DNA of 64,000 bases from the NCBI RefSeq assembly GCF_018350175.1, contig NC_058368.1, positions 82,648,001 through 82,712,000 on the forward strand, in the 5' to 3' direction. Numbering within the stretch: the stretch's first letter is position 1; every line of letters starts with the position of its first letter. The position numbers and the translations under genes are program-made. Below, piece by piece: positions 48,606 through 60,512 of this stretch. The notes under the pieces are model-generated. The model was not told the origin of the DNA, made no database searches, and was given only the letters and a program-made list of their open reading frames with translations. The DNA comes from Felis catus (Eukaryota).

Positions 48606-51600
48606 AATTAGCCCATTTTTCTAGTTGCTTCGCTGGAAGGTCTTCCAAATAGGCAATAAGCAATCTTGTGAAAACGGGGGAAGGGGTGGGGAGCATTGCT
48701 GGGAACAGACCCAGCAATCTCTCCACCCAGATTACCTAGTGGAGGTAACCCCTCTCTAAACTCACAGGGCTCTGGGGGAAGGAAGGGAAGGGGACGGAGT
48801 GACGGGCATGGGCATTGTCCCCGACTAGCCCTGCCAGAGACCAGGCTCCACAGTCAGCAAGCAGAACAGAGATGAGGCCCCCATTCACAGCCACCCTTCG
48901 GTCTCCTCACATGCCAGGAGGGCAGCGCCCCAGGGTGCAGCTCCCCAGCAGAAGGTCCAGGCACCCCCCGCTCGGTGAGGACTGGCCTCTTCTCTCGGTC
49001 ATCCTCCTTCTAAATTGGAGGAGAAGGTGCAGTTTTTCAGTTGCGTTTTCTCCTTTTTCTTGAAAGGAAGGATATGTTGCCAAAAATACTCATGAACTGC
49101 TTCTTTGTTTTTATGATGAAGAAAATGCTTTAATTATTTTACAACTGCATCTGCATTTAAATGGCAGCAAGGAGCCATGGGGGAGAAAGCCTGGGGCCCT
49201 GCCCCCGAATCTGGGCTCTGGAGGGTCCCCAGGGCAGAGTCTCCAGGCCCCCCCTTCCCCCCCCCCCCCCACACTCACACCCCCGTGCTCAGCTCGTGCC
49301 ACTGTGAGCCCGGCTTCAAGGGCCTGGAGACCAAGGCAGCCACACCAGGCCCGGGTGGACACCCCCCAGCAGCCTCCTGGCTTGTTGGTTCTCCCCTGGC
49401 CCCCACCAGGGCTGGCCGCCCTGCTGACTCCTCTTCAGCCAACACCGCCTCTTCCCTGCACCCTCACCCTCAAGGAGTGACCCTCCCTTGCAGATGACAA
49501 GAGCTTTGCCCAAAGGCCTGACTTGGGGACCAACAGCAAGTGACAAAAAGTCGCTGCCAGGTAAAAAATAAGTTGGGGCTGAGGACAGGGTGCTGTTGCC
49601 CACGTGACAGTCTCTGCAGGACAGGGAAGAGCGCCACCCCCAGCCCCGCAGCTCTGTGTCTTTTGACCCCGCCGCTCTGTGCCCTCCCCTCTCCATGCTG
49701 GGGGCTGGCAACTCGGTGGCTTTGCTGGGTTTCTGAGCAAAAGCAGGCTGAAAATACAAATCAGGACTCTACTCAGCCTGGTGTGGAAGAGGGAGGAGGC
49801 AAAAGAAGGGTCCTTAAGATCCTGTCCAGATGACCTAGCCGGGAGCACGCTGTGACCCTGCAAAGTTCACAGTGCTTAGAGTTTTCTTAATCTACGGCCT
49901 CTCACTGCAGACACGCTGGCTCAGCCACACACGGTGACGGTGACGATAGTGTCACTGCTGCTGCTGGTGAAGCTGTGATCCATCCACTGGCCGTGTGATG
50001 GGAGAGGGTTGTTTGCCTCACAAGGGGATCCATCTGGGGTTGGGGTGAGGGACAGAGTTAGGTTTGTCTGATTCTCTGAATTCAGTGGATGCGAGAAGCA
50101 GAGTCGGGGAGGAGATGCTGGGCTGTAAGCACTGTGAGCAAGTCCTAATACGCACTTCAAATGCATTTGTTTAAAATTAACCACACAAATATGGTAAAAT
50201 CCATTTTAAAGATTAAAATTAAAAATCTCTTAATTCCCTCCTATAAGAAGTCAGCTTTTCCAAGATGTCTTCTAGGCTCTGTGAATCTTCCTGAACTTTC
50301 CTGACTCTTACATATTGCAAGAGGAATTATTTGTTTCTGCTCTATCGGGTTTATAATTTTCCCAGTCATGATCATCTCTGCTGCACATTAACAACATGCC
50401 GTCTTGTTAACAGAAGCAAGGCCTCTGCCTCGTGGGCACTGGGGGAGCAGCTCTCCGCCAGCAGGGACATAGAGTGCACTGGAATTCATCACTAGTGGGC
50501 GTAGCCTTTCCTCTCTCTAGTCTAACTCCCTGAGAGCATCTCAGTGAACCCTTTCAGGACTAACACCGTGGAGTTGCTATTGCACTGAGTAAGGCTGACA
50601 GCACCACCATTACCGACGATTGGCGTTTGGAATCCATCACAACACCCAGCACATGTATCCAGTTCAGCTTCAAAGCCCCTCTTGAAGGTCACAGGGACAT
50701 CCCTGTCTTGTTCCTCGCCTTAGAATTGCATTGCTTCATTTCCAAATACACGGGATTCCTAGTTATCTTTGTTGTTAATTCCTAGCTTGATCCTACCGAC
50801 AACATGTTTTACAGCTCCGCACAAGGCCGAATTTTGTAAATTTTGTGGATGTTCCTCCTGTACTGAGAACTTTTGTGGTTTCTGTACCCTGCAGATATTT
50901 CCTTTTTTTTTTTTTTTTTTTTTCCCCTTAAAACAGTAAGTGTAGTTTCCCTATAATCCATGTCTCATGACCTCAGTGTCTGTTTCTCTGGGGTCTGCTC
51001 TGAGCTCTCTGCTGGTTCCAGTTAGAGACATTCAGTTTGCCAGACGCTCATGCCATGGAGATGCCAGAGAGTTTGAGGAGCTTGGGAGGGTGGGAGCATC
51101 ACTTTCTCTTAGCACCTTGAGACATGGTCAGCCCAGGACTACTTTAGCCAATTTCACTATTTGAGGGCTGCTCAAGCAACGTGAGTTGCGGCTGCAACTT
51201 TCCTCCATTTTGGTCCCTTGTCTGTAGTAACTCGGCAGCTGCTTTGGGGGGAAGTCTTATTAAGACAATATCCAGTATTTTCAGTTCTTTTCCCTGGGGG
51301 AAGAGCCCAACCCACCCTTCCTGAAGTAGATACCCTAGTTCTTTGGTTTGGCCTCTCCAGTGACCCATACCCTACAGAGGGCACTGGAGACACATTCATT
51401 CTTCTGTGAATCAGTATTTGCCTCCAAAAACTGAATCAATCTGAAGTAATTTGAGATTGTTTTTAAACTACTCTGTCCTGTGGAATAAAAATGAAGTCTG
51501 TTGCTTGGTTTTGATCTCATTGCTCTTATGGGAAGGCAGAGGAACACAAAAACCAAAGCCTGAACTTAAGGTTATAGTCACAAGACACATACAAAGAATT

Positions 51601-51686
51601 ATGAATATTAAGGATTTAATTACCATATATTACTTCACAAATGCTTTATACCATTTATTATATACAATATTATAATCAATTGTACA

Positions 51687-51972
51687 GGGGCGCCTGCGTG
51701 GCTCAGTTGGTTGGGTATCTGACTTTCGCTCAGGTCATGATCTCACAGTTCATGGGTTCGAGCCCCGCATTGGGCTCTGTGCTGACAGCTCAGAGCCTGG
51801 AGCCTGTTTTGGATTCTGTGTCTCCTCTCTCTCTCCCTTTCCCCTGTTTGTATTCTCTCTCTCTTTCAAAAATAAATAAATTCTGTGTCTCCCTCGCTCT
51901 TTGCCCCTCCCCCGCTCAAGCTCTGTCTCTGTCTCTCTCAAAAATAAGTAAACATTTAAAAAAATTTTTTTA
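51687..51972 (+). mobile_element. Can-SINE with a doubled 3' half
   Basis: TSD AATTGTACA. A second CT region and tail start at 51881. Confidence 0.92.
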
Positions 51973-52334
51973 AATTGTACAATAATGACCTTCACATATT
52001 CAGGGAATCACCATTTCAAGGTATTTCTAGTAAACTCAATATTCAAGTCAATACTGAGCCAGAAAACACTGATTAAAGCTGAAGCTAAACATACAGGTAT
52101 TATCTGAATAAACAAATCAAAATAGGCTTTGCTATTATTTTGTGCAAAGTATAAATAGAAACATTCAAACCTAGATTAATGTTAAAAAATTTCTTTAATT
52201 AAAAATTCACGAAATACAAAGTGGTATCATGGATTAGATCTCAGAATAGAAAAAGAACATTACTAGAAACTGATACTGACACTCTTAATTAAACTCCAGA
52301 CTTTCCAATTTTCTACTTTTATGAGTAATTCTTT

Positions 52335-52544
52335 TTTTAATTATTTTATTTAGTTTTTAAGTTTATTTATCTTGAGAGAGAGAGAGTAGGGGAGGAGTAG
52401 AGAGAGGGGAGACAGAGAATCCCAAGCAGGCTCCTCAATGTGAGCATAAACTTGACACAGATTCGATCTCATGAACCATGACATCATAACCTGAGCCGAA
52501 ACCAACAGTCAGACACTTAACTGACTGAGCCACCCAGGCGCCCC
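52335..52544 (-). mobile_element. Can-SINE (older)
   Basis: TSD TATGA[G/A]TAATTCTTT. Confidence 0.92.
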
Positions 52545-53329
52545 TATGAATAATTCTTTGATGTGCATAAATCCTTGTCAGTGTTTCAGATTATTTCCTC
52601 AGGAGACATTGCAAGGAGTTACCAGTTAACTGATTTTTTTCTGGTCTGATCTTGTTAAGAATGTGTTATGAACCAACACTTAGTTTGAGCCTGAATGGAT
52701 GGGTGTGCCGTGCAGCTGACAGTGATCTTTCTGGTTCAGTGTGGGGTACGTCTAGTTCCTCCAATCCTCTGCTGTGGGGCCTCACCAACACATCAAATCA
52801 AATAGCCAGTGTTAATTGAGTGGTCAGTCGGTTAAGAGCAAACATAGGTGAGTGGGAGTAAGACTCCTCCCTGAGGTCACTTATGTGATAAAGTGCATCA
52901 GTAATAATGTGTGTATCATAACCACTCTGAGCACCCACAGCGTTAAGAAAAAAAACAAAAGCAAAAGAAACAGAACCTTTAAACGTCATTTACTCTGTCC
53001 ATCTTCTACTTCGCCCTCCAGCTGTGGTCTTTCACACAACCATGAGCAGAGTGGACAGAACACTGCTCACATCCCTCAGGTCATTGGCAGTGATGCTGAG
53101 CATGGCCAGGAATTTCTCAGCATGTGTGGCAAGCTCTAGAAAAGAAAAAGACTAGAATCATATAGAACCAGCCCCACAGTCTGAATAGAAAAATCTTGGA
53201 GTACATTTGGGGACTTCATTAACATCGATGCCATTATGTCATTAATGGCAGGTGTTCCTTAAGCGTCTGAATATAGTACTGAATATGGGGCTTGACCAAT
53301 GACAATAACTGGGTAAAGAAAATAAATTA

Positions 53330-53548
53330 TTTTTTTTTAAATGTTTATTTACATCTGAGACAGAGAGAGAGAGAGACAGAGTGTGAACGGGGAAAGGCAG
53401 AGAGAGAGGGAGACAAAGAATCTGAAGCAGGCTCCAGGCTCTGAGCTGTCAGCACAGAGCCTGACATGAGGCTCAAACTCACAGAACCGCAAGATCATGA
53501 CCCGAGCCAAAGTCGGATGCTCAACTGACTGAGCCACCCAGGCACCCC
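53330..53548 (-). mobile_element. Can-SINE
   Basis: Full reverse copy. Confidence 0.93.
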
Positions 53549-54565
53549 AACAAATTAATTATTTTAATAGAATTCCTCCGAATATGACATAATTTTATAG
53601 GCTAGGGAATCTTAATGAAACCTATGTCTTAGAGTGCCAGCCGTATTTTTTAGACAGTAATTCTTACATCTATCTTCTGTGTATCCATAATTGTCTTTAG
53701 AAAATTAATTAATACCTGTGAACTAAAATAAATTAGTTTTTGAAAAACCCAACTTTTTAACTCTCAGTACATGAACAATTTTACCAGCCTGCAAAGTCTT
53801 CTGCCAAACTTTTGAAAAGCATTAGAACCAGCTAAGTGCAGCTCCAAAAGCTGGGGAGGAAAAAGGCATATTCTGATTTTATTCCCATCTTATTCTTCCC
53901 AAGTCTGACTCAGTTTAGGCCTAGCTAATTCTGACAGCCACTGGATCATGCTCATGTGCAGAACACAGTTCTTAATAATGACCCTTTTCTGTTCTGCCTG
54001 TTGACACACAGCTGAACAATGAGCCTGAATGCGGTTCTGTGCTACAACGTGTCCACCATGGGCATGTGATGACACCCAACAATCTGAAACGAAAACAATA
54101 TTGTTATTTTGTCATTAGCCGATTCCTCTAATCATGCCATCTCCAATATTATGCCTGTGATTTCAACAAAGATGAACAGCTCAACAGATATTCTAATACC
54201 ACTGTCACTTCTTCCTTCTCATGGAAAACCTATCCCAACCAGATAAAAGCCAGAGAGAGAGGAATGGCTTAAAATAGCTAAAACTTTCTATAACTAACCC
54301 TCAAGACAATTAAACCCATTGCAAGTAAAAATAAATAAATAAATAAATAAATAATAAATAAATCTGGAGTAAAAATATCTGTCCAAATTATTATAGGTTA
54401 TTCAAAGATAGACAGGAAAGGGGGCAGGATGGGAAGCAGGAAAGGGAGGAAAAGAACGGGAAAGGAGAGGGAGAGGAGAGGGAAAGGAGGGGAAGGGGAA
54501 AGTCTGCTGAAGGACCAACTCTCTGACCTTTTCCATGAGCACAGGGGAGGTGAGCAGTGGGCATC

Positions 54566-54695
54566 AAGATGGCGTCACTAAGCTACTTAAGATCTCTTGA
54601 GAAAATACCCTTTTGGAACAGAAGGATCTTCAATTCTCCTTTGCTAAGCTTCCTCTTGCCCTTTCTTTTCTTCCTGGCTTGGGCACCATGACAAC
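54566..54695 (+). promoter_or_regulatory. Candidate CFAP97D2 proximal promoter with RFX X-box and CRE-like/YY1 motifs
   Basis: GGCACCATGACAAC at 54682-54695 is X-box-like with a perfect CATGACAAC half. TGGCGTCA at 54570-54577 is 7/8 to the CRE and overlaps AAGATGGCG (YY1). All lie 85-215 bp upstream of the ATG. Confidence 0.45.
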
Positions 54696-54779
54696 TGTCA
54701 GGTGACCCAGCAAACACAGCCCTCAGCAGCCTGCACCAAGGCTGCCAGTGGAAGGGAGCAGTGGGTTTTGCTGTTTGAG

Positions 54780-54830
54780 ATGCAGGGACAGCGCACCTGG
54801 GAGAAAGCCTACCAGCATCACCGGAGAAAG
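54780..54830 (+). CDS. CFAP97D2: Probable first coding exon of CFAP97D2 (CFAP97/Hemingway-domain protein)
   Basis: ATG CAG GGA CAG CGC ACC TGG GAG AAA GCC TAC CAG CAT CAC CGG AGA AAG then a GTAGG donor, phase 0. EKAYQHHRRK matches the recalled CFAP97D2 motif [10 protein letters not shown]. Position and divergent orientation upstream of RASA3 fit the recalled human gene order RASA3-CFAP97D2-CDC16. Confidence 0.75.
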
Positions 54831-57079
54831 GTAGGAAAGGCAGGTGTCAGGGCACCACTCGTAAAATGCCAGCGCTTTGTCTGGAAACCAAAAGCTAATT
54901 TTATTTTCAGAGATGGAACGGTTGAAATGATATTTCCTTAAAAGGTTGGTCATGTGTGTTGCCACCCAATAAAAATTCTGTTAAGTGGATTATGGTTATT
55001 TTAGGACTCTGAATTATGGTGTGTTTATAAAGTACTTAATTTTTCCTAAATGGTTTGAAAGTGTGTTAAGACACAAAGATCCAGGGACCCTCTCCCCTAT
55101 CAAAACAGCATGTTCCAGGGAGAACTAAAAACTGACTTTTAGCTCTACTAGGAGATATGCTATTATTTCCATTTATTTATTGCAAATGTGGGTATCATTT
55201 GAGAAGGTCACCTTGTGCTTTCAAAATGGCCTGCCGTAGTGGCCACTGAGACGTCAGTGGGGCCATCCAACTCCATGGTGCTCAGTCGGTGCTGTCTCTC
55301 CGTGTCTGTGTTTCTCAAAGTTGAGAAATGCTCTTAAGAAGGGAGCATCCTGGGGAGGCAGTGTTTCTCTGTGATGTTCTGAAGGCATCTCCCCAGGGCA
55401 GGGACCCAGGGTTTCTGCAGGATACAAGATCCAGGCTAGCCTTTCTACTCCTCCCAGGATTCTGCCTGCCTGGGTGGTGGGGACACTGTGTTCTCAGGGA
55501 GGTCATACTTACTTCAAGGCTGCTCCAGTGCCCACGCACACCTGGCCCTGCATCCACTAACCTCCTTGGGAGCCTGCCTTTCCTCAGGCTCACCCCCACT
55601 TCCTCAGACCTCCAGGCTTCCTACCATCTTCTCTGTGCCCTCTCTTAAGAAGCACACCCTCTTCCCTCTCTGGTTCCTGTGTCTGCCATCTCATGTCACC
55701 ACATGATTGATGTAATGTGTTTATTTTGTCCTATTTGTTCTCCCATCTGGGAGGGCGGTGACTGCATTCTGCTGCTATGATATCCTCAGCACCTAGAGCA
55801 TATAGTGAGTCACGGTTAGCAAATAGTGGTTGGCAGGGAAAAATTGAAAGAGAGAGTATGACAATAAGTACAAAATCAGTTGGCATCGCCTCTTTGAATA
55901 ACAGATAAGAATGTAAATGCCATGAGAGTTTTGTTCATGGATGTGTCCCAGAGACTAGAATTGTCCCCGGCAAGAGGTAGGTGATTGATAAACACCCCCA
56001 ATGTAAGTGAGTAGCTAGGCTCCATGCCTAAGAGACTGTAAGACAAAGATTTGAAATGGTCAGGGTGCGAAGTGGGGGGCTATGAAGAGGGAGAGCCAGT
56101 AGCTGGCATTTGGTGTGGGACCCAGGTGTGGCTGTGGAGTGTGAAATCACATGGCCCTGATGAGTGCAGCTCCGAGACGTCCCAGAAACAACGTGGTTGC
56201 TGGGCCTAAGAAGGCAGCGCTGAAACACTCCGATATGGCGTGGCCAGCAGCAGAGGGCGCGGACCCAGGAACTCACGATCCCAGCATCAGGTGTTAAAGG
56301 GAGGGCCATGCGTCTTACCTGAAAGGGAGTGAAGTGAAGACAGGGAGCCAGTCTCAGGTACAGTCAACTAAGAAAGCTGAAAAGGGCACGGTGGGTACAC
56401 AAGGGGGCAACCGGGGCCAGAGGGATCAGCCCAGGTGGGGGTGGTGCCAAGAGTCCCAGCAGAGGCTTTCTGGCAAGGAGAGGAGAGGTCAGGACAGGAG
56501 GACATCAGAGGGCAGAGGGCGCAGAGTGCTGGCAGGGCCATCCTGTGGTGCAGACCTCATGGTGGGAAGACGAGATGCTCCAGATGGGGAAGGCCCCAGT
56601 GAATGACTGGAATCTGGGCCTGAACAGAAGGGCGTTGGAGCAGAGGCCACACAGCCCCCCCTGGAGGCAGCAGGGAGAGCCAGCAGGCCTCCTTTTACCA
56701 CCCCAGACCTCACCACTTGGCACTAAAACTTAAACAAATCCTTCTTCCTTATTAAGAGTAAGAGGAGCCAGCTCTTTAGAGTTATTTAGTTTCTTACTGC
56801 TTGGCTTCCTTGGGAACATAAAGGACTTTGATGCACTAGAAGGGGGAAAAAAGATTTATGGGAAAGTGCTGTGCCCAAAGCATCTCTAGAATCCAGTGCC
56901 TTGTCGTCAGTCTGGCATCTCAACAGGACCTTCTATCTTAGAGCCTGAACACCCATTCATGCTAAAAATAAAACTAAAATAACCTTAATATAGAAAAATT
57001 GCTACTGATATTTCCCTAACATAATAAAATATGAATATCTCGGCCCTAAGACAGTATCTCAGTTAATAGGGAAACACTA

Positions 57080-57287
57080 GGGGGACCTGGGCAGTTCAGT
57101 CAGTTGAGCGTCTGACTTTGGCTCAAGTCATGATCTCGCAGTTCATGAGTTCAGGCCCCACATCAGGCTCTGTGCTGACAGCTCAGAGCCTGGAGCCTGC
57201 TTTGGATTCTATGACTCCCTCTCTCTCTGCCCCTCCCCTGTTGTCACTCTGTCTGTCTCTCTAAAAAATAAATAAACATTTTTTAAA
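57080..57287 (+). mobile_element. Can-SINE
   Basis: TSD AATAGGGAAACACT. Confidence 0.95.
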
Positions 57288-57299
57288 AATAGGGAAACA

Positions 57300-58510
57300 C
57301 TCAAGGTATTCCCTATGAAGTAAGAAATAAGAATGCCTACACTCTTATATACCCTTTTAAATTGTGTTGGAGGTATTAGCCAAAGCAAGTAGACAAGACA
57401 AATCCATTAGGCATGAAAATGAAATGAAATACGTATCTGGCTTTTTTTTCTATTTGTAGATGAAATGACTAAATATCTGAAGAACCCAGGAGAATCAATA
57501 GAAAATCAAATTTAAATTGGGAAAAGTAATTGCAACTTATATCACAAAAGGTTAATACCCTTATATGCAAGGATCCTCTAAAAATAAGAAGAAAAATGCA
57601 AACCACTCCATATGAAGATGGGCAAGTGATATGAACAAAATTTCACAGAAAAACAATTGCAAACAGCTCTTAACCTACAAAAAGTTGGTCAATTTCACTT
57701 ATAACAGAGACATGCAAATGAAATTTGCACTGTAATACCATTTCTCATCTATCAGGCTGGCAAAAATGCCCCGGATTGTTGGCAGTGCTCTGGGGACAGA
57801 AGCAGTGTCAGCAGCGCTTGTGGGCACACAACAGAGAGCAGCCCCACTGGGGATTTAGTGATACCTAACGAAACTGCACACACACTTGGCCTCTAGCCCA
57901 GCAGTACCCATTCCAGAGGCACACTGGCAAAGATCCAAAAAGAAATTGCAAAAGATGCTAATTGCTGCAATATTTGTAATAGCAAAATTGGAGCTAACCC
58001 AAATTTCCATCAAAAACAAGCTGGGTCAGTAAGTTAGGATGATGCTTTTACATGATGAAGTACTATGCAGGTCCAAAAAAAGAATAAGAAACCTCTCTAT
58101 GGACTACTATAGAATTGTGTCTATAATATATTGTGAGATTTAAAAAGCAACATGGAGAAAGATGTGTAAAATGTGCTACATTTATCCAAAAAAGAGGGAT
58201 TGAAAATATATCTATATATACTTATATATAAATATGTTGACATACACACACCTATTATATATCCTCATATTTTCAGAAATGAAAGGCGTGACAGCAAAAT
58301 TAGCCTTGTCATCAGGGAGCAGGGCAAAGGTGACAGGGACCTCTTAGAAAAGGCGCTTGTTTGACAGATTTGACTTTGGAGCTAGGTAAATATGTTACAT
58401 ATTATAAAACAAAATTAAACTTAAAAAGCATTCCAAATACCGAAAATAAAATGAACCTGAGTGCAGGCGCAATTGGTTTCATAACCATATTGAGAGGAAC
58501 TATTTCAGTT
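57300..58510 (+). mobile_element. Old, fragmented L1M-type LINE-1
   Basis: Degenerate ORF2-like segments (TTGTGTTGGAGGTATTAGCC, TTTGTAGATGAAATGA, GGGCAAGTGATATGAACAAAATTTCACAGAA, ACATGCAAATGAAA). Confidence 0.7.
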
Positions 58511-58539
58511 GTCTTTATGTTTTACATTTATGTGTTTCT

Positions 58540-59850
58540 TTTTTATTGTTGAGGTAGAGTTGACACACAATGCTGTATTAGCGTCAGGTGTGCACCACAG
58601 TGACTCGACAGTCCTACATGTTGCTCAGGGCTCGTCACCATGAGTGTGGTCACCATCTGTCACCATACAGGGTTGTTACAGTTCTCTGTGTGGTACTATT
58701 CATCTCCCTGACTTATTTGATAACTGGAAGTTTGTACCCCTCACCCCCTTCATCCGTTTCACCCATCCCCCACCTCTCACCCCTCTGGCAACCACTGGTT
58801 TGTTTTCTGTATTTATGAGTCTGGTGTTTGTTTGGTTATTAAGAGTCCATATTGTCTTCCTCTGACTTATTTCACTTAACATTGTATCTCTCTGGGTCTA
58901 TCCATGATGTCACAAATGGCAAGACCTCACTCTTTTTTATGGTTGAGTAATATATGTATATAGTATTTGTATATAGTGTATATACATAGCATATATATAG
59001 TATACATATAGTATATATATATATGCTATATATAGTGTACATATGTGTATATATGTATATAGTATATGTATATACTGTTTGTATATACTATATGTATATA
59101 CTATATGTATATAGTATATGTATATACACAGAGTATATGTATATAGTGTATACATATATACATATACTCTCTATATATTATATATAACATAGAGGTGCAT
59201 ATATCCTTTTGAATTAGTGTTTTCACTTTCTTTTGGTAAATACCCAGTAGTAGAATTACTGGATCATATGGTATTTCTATTTTTATTTTTTTTAGTACTA
59301 CACACCAGTAGCACTTCCATACTGTTTTCCACTGCACCAACTTGCATTCCCACCGACAGTGGATGAGGGTTCCCTTTTCTCCACATTCTCACCAACACTT
59401 GTTATTTCTTGTCTTTTTGATACTAGCCATGCTGACTAGGTTGAAGTGATCTCTCACTGGATTCAGTTTGCATTTCCCTGATGATGAGTGATGTTGAGGA
59501 TCTTTTCATGTGTCTGTTGACCATCTGGATGCCTTCCTTGAAAAAATGTCTTTTCAGGGCCTCTGCCCATTTTTTAATTGGATCGTTTTTCAGCATTGAG
59601 TTAGACAAGTTCTTTATACATTTTAGATATTAAACCTTACTGGGTATTCATTTGCAAATATCTTATTCTGGATACTAACCCCTCATCAGATATGTCATTT
59701 GCAAATATCCTCTCCCATTCTGTAGGTTCCTTTTTCTCTTTGTTGATGATTTCCTTTGCTGTACAAAAGTTTGTCATTTTGGTATAGTCCCAGTAGTTTA
59801 TTTTTGTCTTTGTTTCCCTTACCCGAGGGACATAAATATGTTGCCAATGT
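58540..59850 (-). mobile_element. LINE-1 3' fragment (end of ORF2 plus 3' UTR), antisense
   Basis: Minus-strand peptides [49 protein letters not shown] and MLSEISQR. A TA-rich expansion lies inside it. Confidence 0.9.
58950..59190. repeat. Degenerate (TA)n tract inside L1
   Basis: TATATAGTATATGTATATAC-like units. Confidence 0.95.
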
Positions 59851-59874
59851 CCACGAGAAGTCAGTATTATTCTT

Positions 59875-60103
59875 TTTTTTTTTTTTTTAATTTTTTTTTT
59901 CAACATTTATTTATTTTTGGGACAGAGAGAGACACAGCATGAACGGGGGGAGGGGCAGAGAGAGAGGGAGACACAGATACGGAAACAGGCTCCAGGCTCT
60001 GAGCCATCAGCCCAGAGCCTGATGCGGGGCTCGAACTCCCGGACCGCGAGATCGTGACCTGGCTGAAGTCGGACGCTTAACCGACTGCGCCACCCAGGCG
60101 CCC
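59875..60103 (-). mobile_element. Young Can-SINE
   Basis: Perfect 17-bp TSD AAGTCAGTATTATTCTT, long T tract and retained CpGs. Confidence 0.95.
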
Positions 60104-60512
60104 AAGTCAGTATTATTCTTATGGACCATGGGTGTTTAGGGTGGGATAAAGCCAATGAGTAGCTCTGATGGTGTCATTGAGAACTGAGAATTACAGCTCG
60201 AGAGAAGGGAAATACAGAACTAAGACTCATGAGCCCAGCTAAATGGAATGGGGTTCTGAACCGGAGCTGGAAGGATCAAATGGGCTTTGTCTATGGCAAA
60301 GGCCTTCAAAGAAAAAACCCAGTATAAACAAAACTAGCACCCAGACCATGGTCTCTAAATGTCATTTCCCACTGGAAGAACCAGGCTTTGCTGTAAAAAT
60401 GGTGGATTCCCAGTTGAGATAGGATATTTACAAGATAACCCTGTATAACCTTGTCACTCCAGAAAGCAAAGAAGCTGTCAAGGGTATTAGCATTGTTTAA
60501 AAAGCCAACTGT

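Noticed and set aside
54702..54941. 79-aa ORF as a complete protein
   Set aside because: It starts at GTG and runs through the splice donor. Only 54780-54830 shows family similarity.
56355..56400. CAG|GTACAGTCA (VQST...) as CFAP97D2 exon 2
   Set aside because: There is no polypyrimidine tract, and similarity to the expected VQSAQPLVD stops after three residues. Exon 2 is probably beyond the window.
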